From Eledone cirrhosa (lineage: Eukaryota), in NCBI GenBank assembly GCA_964016885.1, contig OZ024741.1:24428001-24492000 (forward strand): a stretch of DNA of 64,000 bases, written 5' to 3'. The notes below the pieces were generated by a model that made no database searches, had not been told where the DNA came from, and saw nothing but the letters and a program-made list of their open reading frames with translations. Position numbers and translations under genes: made by a program. Of this stretch, positions 1-12,168 are shown piece by piece. Numbering within the stretch: position 1 is the first letter of the stretch; each line of letters opens with the position of its first letter.

Positions 1-5
1 CATGA

Positions 6-16
6 CCTAACCCTAA
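6..16 (-). repeat. Telomere-like motif TTAGGGTTAGG (representative copy; one per monomer, intact in most)
   Basis: Plus strand CCTAACCCTAA at 6-16 and at the same phase in each monomer. Common degenerate alleles are CCTAACTCTAA, CCTAACCTTAA and CCTAACCCCAA. Identity to the TTAGGG telomere repeat is established knowledge; function is not shown. Confidence 0.85.
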
Positions 17-1699
17 TCCAGTACATATATAGTAAAAGACTGTGCTTCAGCCATGAGCTAACTCTAATCCAGTACATATATAGTAAAAGACTGTGCTTCA
101 GCTGTCACCTAACTCCAATCCAGTACATATATAGTAAAAGACCGTGCTTCAGCTGTCACCTAACCCTAATCCAGTACATATATAGTAAAAGACTGTGCTT
201 CAGCTGTCACCTAACTCTACTCCAGTACATATATAGTAAAAGACTGTGCTTCAGCCATGACCTAACCCTAATCCAGTACATATATAGTAAAAGACTGTGC
301 TTCAGCCATGACCTAACCCCAATCCAGTACGTATAGAGTAAAAGACCGTGCTTCAGCTGTCACCTAACCCTAATCCAGTACATATATAGTAAAAGACTGT
401 GCTTCAGCCATGACCTAACCCTAATCCAGTACATATATAGTAAAAGACTGTGCTTCAGCTGTCACCTAACCCTAATCCAGTACATATATAGTAAAAGACT
501 GTGCTTCAGCCATGACCCAACCCTAATCCAGTACATATATAGTAAAGGACTGTGCTTCAGCTGTCACCTAACCCTAATCCAGTACATATATAGTAAAAGA
601 CTATGCTTCAGCTGTCACCTAACACTAATCCAGTACATATATAGTAAAAGACTGTGCTTCAGCTGTCACGTAACTCTAATCCAGTACATATATAGTAAAA
701 GACCGTGCTTCAGCTGTCACCTAACCTTAATCCAGTACATATATAGTAAAAGACCGTGCTTCAGCTGTCACCTAACCTTAATCCAGTACGTATATAGTAA
801 AAGACTGTGCTTCAGCTGTCACCTATACCCTAATCTAGTACATATATAGTAAAGGCCGTGCTTCAGCCATGACCTAACCCTAATCCAGTACATATATAGT
901 AAAAGACCGTGCTTCAGCCACGATCTAACCCTAATCCAGTACATATATAGTAAAAGACTGTGCTTCAGCTGTCACCTAACCCTAATCCAATACATATATA
1001 ATAAAAGACTGTGCTGCAGCCATGACCTAACCCTAATCCAGTACATATATAGTAAAAGACTGTGCTTCAGCTGTCACCTAAACCTAATCTAGTACATATA
1101 AAGTAAAAGACTGTGCTTCAGCCATGACCTAACCCTTATCCAGTACATATATAGTAAAAGACTGTGCTTCAGCTGTGACCTAACCCTAATCCAGTACATA
1201 TATAGTAAAAGACTGTGCTTCAGCTGTCACCTAAACCTAATCCAGTACATCTATAGTAAAAGACTGTGCTGCAGCTTTCACCTAACTCTAATCCAGTACA
1301 TATATAGTAAAAGACCATGCTTCAGCTGTCACCTAACCCTAATCCAGTACATATATAGTAAAAGACTTTGCTTCAGCTGTCACGTAACCCTAATCCAGTA
1401 CATATATAGTAAAAGACTGTGCTTCCGCTGTCACATAACCCTAATCCAGTACATATATAGTAAAAGACTGTGCTTCAGCCATGACCTAACACTAATCCAG
1501 TACATATATAGTAAAAGGCTCTGTTTCAGCTGTCACCTAACTCTAATCCAGTACATATATAGTAAAAGACTGTGCTTCAGCTGTCACCTAACTCTAATCC
1601 AGTACATATATAGTAAAAGACTGTGCTTCAGCTGTCACCTAAACCTAATCCAGTACATATATAGTAAAAGACTGTGCTTCAGCCATGACCTAACCCTAA

Positions 1700-4600
1700 T
1701 CCAGTACATATATAGTAAAAGACAGTGCCTCAGCTGTGACCTAACCCTAATCCAGTACATATATAGTAAAAGACTGTGCTTCAGCTGTCACCTAACCCTA
1801 ATCCAGTACATATATAGTAAAAGACTGTGCTTCAGCTGTCACCTAACCCTAATCCAGTACATATATAGTAAAAGACTGTGCTTCAGCTGTCACCTAACCC
1901 TAATCCAGTACATATATAGTAAAAGACTGTGCTTCAGCTGTCACCTAACCCTAATCCAGTACATATATAGTAAAAGACTGTGCTTCAGCCATGACCTAAC
2001 CCTAATCCAGTACATATATAGTAAAAGACTGTGCTTCCACCTTGACCTAACCCTAATCCAGTAGATATATAGAAAAATACCGTGCTTCAGCTGTCACCTA
2101 ACCCTAATCCAGTACATATATAGTAAAAGACTGTGCTTCAGCTGTCACCTAACTCTAATCCAGTACATATATAGTAAAAGACTGTGCTTCAGCTGTCACC
2201 TAACTCTTATCCAGTACATATATAGTAAAAGACCGTGCCTCAGCCATGGCCTAACTCTAATCCAGTACATATATAGTAAAAGACTGTGCTTCAGCTGTCA
2301 CCTAACCCTAATCCAGTATATATATAGTAAAAGACCGTGCCTCAGCCATGACCTAACCCTAATCCAGTATATATATAGTAAAAGACTGTGCTTCAGCTGT
2401 CACCTAACTGTAATCCAGTACATATATAGTAAAAGACAGTGCTTCAGCCATGACCTAACCCTAATCCAGTACATATATAGTAAAAGACTGTGCTTCAGCC
2501 ATGAGCTAACTCTAATCCAGTACATATATAGTAAAAGACTGTGCTTCAGCTGTCACCTAACTCCAATCCAGTACATATATAGTAAAAGACCGTGCTTCAG
2601 CTGTCACCTAACACTAATCCAGTACATATATAGTAAAAGACTGTGCTTCAGCTGTCACCTAACTCTAATCCAGTACATATATAGTAAAAGACTGTGCTTC
2701 AGCCATGACCTAACCCTAATCCAGTACATATATAGTAAAAGACTGTGCTTCAGCCATGACCTAACCCCAATCCAGTACGTATATAGTAAAAGACCGTGCT
2801 TCAGCTGTCACCTAACCCTAATCCAGTACATATATAGTAAAAGACTGTGCTTCAGCCATGACCTAACCCTAATCCAGTACATATATAGTAAAAGACCGTG
2901 CTTCAGCTGTCACCTAACTCTAATCCAGTACATATATAGTAAAAGACTGTGCTTCAGCCATGACCTAACCCTAATCCAGTACATATATAGTAAAAGACCG
3001 TGCTTCAGCTGTCACCTAACCCTAATCCAGTACATATATAGTAAAAGACTGTGCTTCAGCCGTGACCCAACCCTAATCCAGTACATATATAGTAAAGGAC
3101 TGTGCTTCAGCTGTCACCTAACCCTAATCCAGTACATATATAGTAAAAGACTATGCTTCAGCTGTCACCTAACCCTAATCCAGTACATATATAGTAAAAG
3201 ACTGTGCTTCAGCTGTCACCTAACTCTAATCCAGTACATATATAGTAAAAGACCGTGCTTCAGCTGTCACCTAACCTCAATCCAGTACATATATAGTAAA
3301 AGACCGTGCTTCAGCTGTCACCTAACCTTAATCCAGTACGTATATAGTAAAAGACCGTGCTTCAGCTGTCACCTAACCTTAATCCAGTACATATATAGTA
3401 AAAGACCGTGCTTCAGCTGTCACCTAACCTTAATCCAGTACATATATAGTAAAAGACCGTGCTTCAGCTGTCACCTAACCTTAATCCAGTACATATATAG
3501 TAAAAGACCGTGCTTCAGCTGTCACCTAAACTTAATTCAGTACATATATAGTAAAAGACTGTGCTTCAGCTGTCACCTAATCTTAATCCAGTACATATAT
3601 AGCAAAAGACTGTGCTTCAGCTGTCACCTAACATTAATCCAGTACTTATATAGTAAAAGACTGTGCTTCAGCTGTCACCTAACTCTAATCCAGTACATAT
3701 ATAGTAAAAGACTGTGCTTCAGCTGTCACCTAACTCTAATCCAGTACATATATAGTAAAAGACCATGCTTCAGCTGTCACCTAACCCTAATCCAGTACAT
3801 ATATAGTAAAAGACCGTGCTTCAGCTGTCACCTAACCCTAATCCAGTACATATATAGTAAAAGACTGTGCTTCAGCTGTCACCTAACTCTAATCCAGTAC
3901 ATATATAGTAAAAGACTGTGCTTCAGCTGTCACCTAACTCTAATCCAGTACATATATAGTAAAAGACTGTGCTTCAGCCACGACCTAACTCTAATCCAGT
4001 ACATATATAGTAAAGGACCGTGCTTCAGCCATGACGTAACTTTAATCCAATCCATATATAGTAAAAGACTGTGCTTCAGCTGTCACCTAACCCTAATCCA
4101 GTACATATATAGTAAAAGACTGTGCTTCAGCTGTCACCTAACTCTAATCCAGTACATATATAGTAAAAGACTGTGCTTCAGCTGACTCCTAACCCTAATC
4201 CAGTACATATATAGTAAAAGACCGTGCTTCAGCTGTCACCTTACCCTAATCCAGTACATATATAGTAAAAGACTGTGCTTCAGTTGTCACCTAACCCTAA
4301 TCCAGTACATATATAGTAAAAGACTGTGCTTCAGCTGTCACCTAACTCTAATCCAGTACATATATAGTAAAAGACTGTGCTTCAGCTGTCACCTAACTCT
4401 AATCCAGTACATATATAGTAAAAGACCCTGCCTCAGCCATGACCTAACCCTAATCCAGTACATATATAGTAAAAGACTGTGCTGCAGCCATGACCTAACC
4501 CTAATCCAGTACATATATAGTAAAAGACTGTGCTTCAGCTGTGACCTAACCCTAATCCAGTACATATATAGTAAAAGACTGTGCTTCAGCTGTCACCTAA

Positions 4601-7560
4601 CCCTAATCCAGTACATATATAGTAAAAGACAGTGCCTCAGCTGTGACCTAACCCTAATCCAGTACATATATAGTAAAAGACTGTGCTTCAGCTGTCACCT
4701 AACCCTAATCCAGTACATATATAGTAAAAGACTGTGCTTCAGCTGTCACCTAACCCTAATCCAGTACATATATAGTAAAAGACTGTGCTTCAGCTGTCAC
4801 CTAACCCTAATCCAGTACATATATAGTAAAAGACTGTGCTTCAGCTGTCACCTAACCCTAATCCAGTACATATATAGTAAAAGACTGTGCTTCAGCCATG
4901 ACCTAACCCTAATCCAGTACATATATAGTAAAAGACTGTGCTTCAGCCTTGACCTAACCCTAATCCAGTAGATATATAGAAAAATACCGTGCTTCAGCTG
5001 TCACCTAACCCTAATCCAGTACATATATAGTAAAAGACTGTGCTTCAGCTGTCACCTAACTCTAATCCAGTACATATATAGTAAAAGACTGTGCTTCAGC
5101 TGTCACCTAACTCTAATCCAGTACATATATAGTAAAAGACCGTGCCTCAGCCATGACCTAACTCTAATCCAGTACATATATAGTAAAAGACTGTGCTTCA
5201 GCTGTCACCTAACCCTAATCCAGTACATATATAGTAAAAGACCGTGCCTCAGCCATGACCTAACCCTAATCCAGTATATATATAGTAAAAGACTGTGCTT
5301 CAGCTGTCACCTAACTGTAATCCAGTACATATATAGTAAAAGACAGTGCTTCAGCCATGACCTAACCCTAATCCAGTACATATATAGTAAAAGACTGTGC
5401 TTCAGCCATGAGCTAACTCTAATCCAGTACATATATAGTAAAAGACTGTGCTTCAGCTGTCACCTAACTCCAATCCAGTACATATATAGTAAAAGACCGT
5501 GCTTCAGCTGTCACCTAACCCTAATCCAGTACATATATAGTAAAAGACTGTGTTTCAGCTGTCACCTAACTCTAATCCAGTATATATATAGTAAAAGACT
5601 GTGCTTCAGCCATGACCTAACCCTAATCCAGTACATATATAGTAAAAGACTGTGCTTCAGCCATGACCTAACCCCAATCCAGTACGTATATAGTAAAAGA
5701 CCGTGCTTCAGCTGTCACCTAACCCTAATCCAGTACATATATAGTAAAAGACTGTGCTTCAGCCATGACCTAACCCTAATCCAGTACATATATAGTAAAA
5801 GACCGTGCTTCAGCTGTCACCTACCTCTAATCCAGTACATATATAGTAAAAGACTGTGCTTCAGCCATGACCTAACCCTAATCCAGTACATATATAGTAA
5901 AAGACCGTGCTTCAGCTGTCACCTAACCCTAATCCAGTACATATATAGTAAAAGACTGTGCTTCAGCCGTGACCCAACCCTAATCCAGTACATATATAGT
6001 AAAGGACTGTGCTTCAGCTGTCACCTAACCCTAATCCAGTACATATATAGTAAAAGACTATGCTTCAGCTGTCACCTAACCCTAATCCAGTACATATATA
6101 GTAAAAGACTGTGCTTCAGCTGTCACCCAACTCTAATCCAGTACATATATAGTAAAAGACCGTGCTTCAGCTGTCACCTAACCTCAATCCAGTACATATA
6201 TAGTAAAAGACCGTGCTTCAGCTGTCACCTGACCTTAATCCAGTACGTATATAGTAAAAGACCGTGCTTCAGCTGTCACCTAACCTTAATCCAGTACATA
6301 TATAGTAAAAGACCGTGCTTCAGCTGTCACCTAACCTTAATCCAGTACATATATAGTAAAAGACCGTGCTTCAGCTGTCACCTAACCTTAATCCAGTACA
6401 TATATAGTAAAAGACCGTGCTTCAGCTGTCACCTAAACTTAATTCAGTACATATATAGTAAAAGACCGTGCTTCAGCTGTCACCTAACCTTAATCCAGTA
6501 CATATATAGCAAAAGACTGTGCTTCAGCTGTCACCTAACATTAATCCAGTACTTATATAGTAAAAGACTGTGCTTCAGCTGTCACCTAACTCTAATCCAG
6601 TACATATATAGTAAAAGACTGTGCTTCAGCTGTCACCTAACTCTAATCCAGTACATATATAGTAAAAGACCGTGCTTCAGCTGTCACCTAACCCTAATCC
6701 AGTACATATATAGTAAAAGACCGTGCTTCAGCTGTCACCTAACCCTAATCCAGTACATATATAGTAAAAGACCGTGCCTCAGCCATGACCTAACACTAAT
6801 CCAGTACATATATAGTAAAAGACTGTGCTTCAGCCATGACCTAACCCTAATCCAGTACATATATAGTAAAAGACTGTGCTTCAGCTGACTCCTAACTCTA
6901 ATCCAGTACATATATAGTAAAAGACTGTGCTTCAGCTGTCACCTAACTCTAATCCAGTACATATATAGTAAAAGACTGTGCTTCAGCTGTCACCTAACTC
7001 TAATCCAGTACATATATAGTAAAAGACCGTGCTTCAGCCATGACGTAACTTTAATCCAATCCATATATAGTAAAAGACTGTGCTTCAGCTGTCACCTAAC
7101 CCTAATCCAGTACATATATAGTAAAAGACTGTGGTTCAGCCATGACCTAACCCTAATCCAGTACATATATAGTAAAAGACTGTGCTTCAGCTGTCACCTA
7201 ACCCTAATCCAGTACATATATAGTAAAAGACTGTGCTTCAGCTGACTCCTAACCCTAATCCAGTACATATATAGTAAAAGACTGTGCTTCAGTTGTCACC
7301 TAACCCTAATCCAGTACATATATAGTAAAAGACTGTGCTTCAGCTGTCACCTAACTCTAATCCAGTACATATATAGTAAAAGACTGTGCTTCAGCTGTCA
7401 CCTAACTCTAATCCAGTACATATATAGTAAAAGACCCTGCCTCAGCCATGACCTAACCCTAATCCAGTACATATATAGTAAAAGACTGTGCTGCAGCCAT
7501 GACCTAACCCTAATCCAGTACATATATAGTAAAAGACTGTGCTTCAGCTGTGACCTAACC
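1700..7560 (+). repeat. Two tandem copies of a ~2.9-3.0 kb higher-order repeat (57-59 monomers)
   Basis: Marker GACAGTGCCTC at 1721 and 4628, GTAGATATATAGAAAAATAC at 2061 and 4968, and CATGAGCTAA at ~2500 and ~5407 are all offset by 2907 = 57x51. CATGACGTAACTTT at 4030 and 7039 is offset by 3009 = 59x51. Confidence 0.85.
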
Positions 7561-9293
7561 CTAATCCAGTACATATATAGTAAAAGACTGTGCTTCAGCC
7601 ACGACCTAACTCTAATCCAGTACATATATAGTAAAAGACTGTGCTTCAGCTGTCACCTAACCCTAATCCAGTACATATATAGTAAAAGACTGTGCTGCAA
7701 CCATGACCTAAACCTAATCCAGTACATATATAGTAAAAGACTGTGCTTCAGCTGTGACATAACCCTAATACAGTACATATATAGTAAAAGACTGTGCTTC
7801 AGCCATGACCTAACTCTAATCCAGTACATATATAGTAAAAGACTGTGCTTCAGCTGTCACCTAACCCTAATCCAGTACATATATAGTAAAAGACTGTGCT
7901 TCAGCTGTGACCTAACCCTAATCCAGTACATATATAGTAAAAGACTGTGCTTCAGCCATGACCTAACCCTAATCCAGTACATATATAGTAAAAGACTGTG
8001 CTTCAGCTGTCACCTAACTCTAATCCAGTACATATATAGTAAAAGACCGTGCTTCAGCTGTCACCTAACCTTAATCCAGTACATATATAGTAAAAGACCG
8101 TGCTTCAGCTGTCACCTAACCTTAATCCAGTACATATATAGTAAAAGACTGTGCTTCAGCTGTCACCTAACTCTAATCCAGTAAATATATAGTAAAAGAC
8201 CGTGCTTCAGCTGTCACCTAAACTTAATCCAGTACATATATAGTAAAAGACCATGCTTCAGATGTCACCTAACCTTAATCCAGTACATATATAGTAAAAG
8301 ACCGTGCTTCAGCTGTCACCTAACCTTAATCCAGTACATATATAGTAAAAGACTGTGCTTCAGCTGTCACCTTACCCTAATCCAGTACATATATAGTAAA
8401 AGACTGTGCTTCAGCTGTCACCTAACCCCAATCCAGTACATATATAGTAAAAGACTGTGCTTCAGCTGTCACCTAACTCTAATCCAGTACATATATAGTA
8501 AAAGACTGTGCTTCAGCTGTCACCTAACTCTAATCCAGTACATATATAGTAAAAGACCCTGCCTCAGCCATGACCTAACCCTAATCCAGTACATATATAG
8601 TAAAAGACTGTGCTGCAGCCATGACCTAACCCTAATCCAGTACATATATAGTAAAAGACTGTGCTTCAGCTGTGACCTAACCCTAATCCAGTACATATAT
8701 AGTAAAAGACTGTGCTTCAGCCACGACCTAACTCTAATCCAGTACATATATAGTAAAAGACTGTGCTTCAGCTGTCACCTAACCCTAATCCAGTACATAT
8801 ATAGTAAAAGACTGTGCTGCAACCATGACCTAACCCTAATCCAGTACATATATAGTAAAAGACTGTGCTTCAGCTGTGACATAACCCTAATCCAGTACAT
8901 ATATAGTAAAAGACTGTGCTTCAGCCATGACCTAACTCTAATCCAGTACATATATAGTAAAAGACTGTGCTTCAGCTGTCACCTAACCCTAATCCAGTAC
9001 ATATATAGTAAAAGACTGTGCTTCAGCTGTGACCTAACCCTAATCCAGTACATATATAGTAAAAGACTGTGCTTCAGCTGTGACCTAACCCTAATCCAGT
9101 ACATATATAGTAAAAGACTGTGCTTCAGCTGTGACCTAACCCTAATCCAGTACATATATAGTAAAAGACTATGCTTCAGCTGTCACCTAACTCTAATCCA
9201 GTATATATATAGTAAAAGACTGTGCTTCAGCTTTCACCTAACCCTAATCCAGTACATATATAGTAAAAGACTGTGCTTCAGCTGTCACCTAAC
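4320..9293 (+). repeat. ~5.0 kb block duplicated at ~12224-17197 (offset 7,904 = 155x51-1)
   Basis: Markers 4968/12872 and 7039/14943, and ORF-track pairs 7398/15302 and 8520/16424, all differ by 7904. Only a few substitutions were noticed (near 5553, 7770, 13715 and 14739). Confidence 0.9.
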
Positions 9294-12168
9294 CCTAATC
9301 CTGTACATATATAGTAAAAGAGTCTGCTTCAGCTTTCACCTAACCCTTATCCAGTACATATATAGTAAAAGACCGTGCTTCATCCCTGACCTAACCCTAA
9401 TCCAGTACATATATAGTAAAAGACCGTGTTTCAGCTGTGACCTAACCCTAATCCAGTACATATATAGTAAAAGACTGTGCTTCAGCCATGACCTAACCCA
9501 AATCCAGTACATATATAGTAAAAGACTGTGCTTCAGCCATGACCTAACCCTAATCCAGTACATATATAGTAAAAGACCGTGCTTCAGACATGACCTAACC
9601 CTAATCCAGTACATATATAGTAAAAACTGTGCTTCAGCTGTCACCTAACCCTAATCCAGTACATATATAGTAAAAGACTGTGTTTCAGCTGTCACCTAAC
9701 ACTAATCCAGTACATATATAGTAAAAGACCGTGCTTCAGCTGTCACCTAACCTGAATCCAGTACATATATAGTAAAAGACCATGCTTCAGCTGTCACCTA
9801 ACCTTAATCCAGTACATATATAGTAAAAGACCGTGCTTCAGCTGTCACCTAACCTTAATCCAGTACATATATAGTAAAAGACTGTGCTTCAGCTGTCACC
9901 TAACCCTAATCCAGTACATATATAGTAAAAGACTGTGCTTCAGCTGTCACCTAACCCCAATCCAGTACATATATAGTAAAAGACTGTGCTTCAGCTGTCA
10001 CCTAACTCTAATCCAGTACATATATAGTAAAAGACTGTGCTTCAGCTGTCACCTAACTCTAATCCAGTACATATATAGTAAAAGACCGTGCCTCAGCCAT
10101 GACCTAACCCTAATCCAGTACATATATAGTAAAAGACTGTGCTGCAGCCATGACCTAACCCTAATCCAGTACATATATAGTAAAAGACTGTGCTTCAGCT
10201 GTGACCTAACCCTAATCCAGTACATATATAGTAAAAGACTGTGCTTCAGCCATGACCTAACTCTAATCCAGTACATATATAGTAAAAGACTGTGCTTCAG
10301 CTGTCACCTAACCCTAATCCAGTACATATATAGTAAAAGACTGTGCTTCAGCTGTGACCTAACCCTAATCCAGTACATATATAGTAAAAGACTATGCTTC
10401 AGCTGTCACCTAACCCTAATCCAGTACATATATAGTAAAAGACTGTGCTTCAGCTGTCACCTAACCCTAATCCAGTACATATATAGTAAAAGACTATGCT
10501 TCAGCTGTCACCTAACTCTAATCCAGTATATATATAGTAAAAGACTGTGCTTCAGCTGTGACCTAACCCTAATCCAGTACATATATAGTAAAATACTGTG
10601 CTTCAGCTGTCACCTAACCCTAATCCAGTACATATATAGTAAAAGAGTCTGCTTCAGCTTTCACCTAACCCTTATCCAGTACATATATAGTAAAAGACCG
10701 TGCTTCATCCCCGACCTAACCCTAATCCAGTACATATATAGTAAAAGACCGTGTTTCAGCTGTGACCTAACCCTAATCCAGTACATATATAGTAAAAGAC
10801 TGTGCTTCAGCCATGACCTAACCCAAATCCAGTACATATATAGTAAAAGACTGTGCTTCAGCCATGACCTGACCCTAATCCAGTACATATATAGTAAAAG
10901 ACTGTGTTTCAGCTGTCACCTAACCCTAATCCAGTACATATATAGTAAAAGACTGTGTTTCAGCTGTCACCTAACCCTAATCCAGTACATATATAGTAAA
11001 AGACCGTGCTTCAGCCATGACCTAACCCTAATCCAGTACATATATAGTAAAAGACCGTGCTTCAGCCATGACGTAACTTTAATCCAATCCATATATAGTA
11101 AAAGACTGTGCCTCAGCTGTGACCTAACCCTAATCCAGTACATATATAGTAAAAGACCGTGCTTCAGCCATGACCTAACCCTAATCCAGTACATATATAG
11201 TAAAAGACTGTGCTTCAGCTGTCACCTAACTCTAATCCAGTACATATATAGTAAAAGACCGTGCCTCAGCTGTCACCTAACCCTAATCCAGTACATATAT
11301 AGTAAAAGACTGTGCTTCAGCTGTCACCTAACCCTAATCCAGTACATATATAGTAAAAGACTGTGCTTCAGCTGTCACCTAACCCTAATCCAGTACATAT
11401 ATAGTAAAAGGCTGTACTTCAGCCATGACCTAACCCTAATCCAGTACATATATAGTAAAAGACTGTGCTTCAGCTGTCACCTAACCCTAATCCAGTACAT
11501 ATATAGTAAAAGACTGTGCTTCAGCCATGACCTAACCCTAATCCAGTACATATATAGTAAAAGACTGTGCTTCAGCTGTCACCTAACCCTAATCCAGTAC
11601 ATATATAGTAAAAGACTGTGCCTCAGCTGTCACCTAACCCTAATCCAGTACATATATAGTAAAAGACTGTGCCTCAGCTGTCACCTAACCCTAATCCAGT
11701 ACATATATAGTAAAAGACTGTGCTTCAGCTGTCACCTAACCCTAATCCAGTACATATATAGTAAAAGACTGTGCTTCAGCTGTCACCTAACCCTAATCCA
11801 GTACATATATAGTAAAAAGACCGTGCTCAGCTGTCACCTAACCCTAATCCAGTACATATATAGTAAAAGACTGTGCTTCAGCCATGACCTAACCCTAATC
11901 CAGTACATATATAGTAAAAGACTGTGCTTCAGCTGTCACCTAACCCTAATCCAGTACATATATAGTAAAAGACTGTGCCTCAGCTGTCACCTAACCCTAA
12001 TCCAGTACATATATAGTAAAAGACTGTGCCTCAGCTGTCACCTAACTCTAATCCAGTACATATATAGTAAAAGACTGTGCTTCAGCTGTCACCTAACCCT
12101 AACCCAGTACATATATAGTAAAAGACTCTGCTTCAGCTGTCACCTAACCCTAATCCAGTACATATATA
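6265..12168 (+). repeat. ~5.9 kb block duplicated at ~30234-36137 (offset 23,969 = 470x51-1)
   Basis: ORF-track pairs 7398/31367, 8520/32489, 9336/33305, 10049/34018, 10661/34630, 10967/34936 and 11823/35792 all differ by 23969. The copies share the 50-bp monomer (9625/33594) and the +A/-T monomer (~11815/~35785). Confidence 0.9.
7330..9050 (+). repeat. 22-monomer (1,122 bp) sub-repeat nested in the larger HOR
   Basis: The GACCCTGCCTC / GCTGCAGCC / CACGA / GCTGCAACC monomer series recurs at +1122 (ORF pairs 7398/8520, 15302/16424, 18311/19433, 28511/29633 and 31367/32489). Confidence 0.85.

Noticed and set aside
6-20. G-quadruplex potential on the minus strand
   Set aside because: Each monomer has only GG-GGG-GG, with about 37 nt to the next cluster, which does not meet a four-tract G4 pattern.
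24-33. TATA-box-like TATATAG in each monomer
   Set aside because: It is a short AT dinucleotide run with no other promoter context or transcript evidence.
38-44. V(D)J RSS-like heptamer (minus strand CACAGTC versus CACAGTG)
   Set aside because: There is no ACAAAAACC-like nonamer at 12 or 23 bp and no gene segments; this is a chance match.
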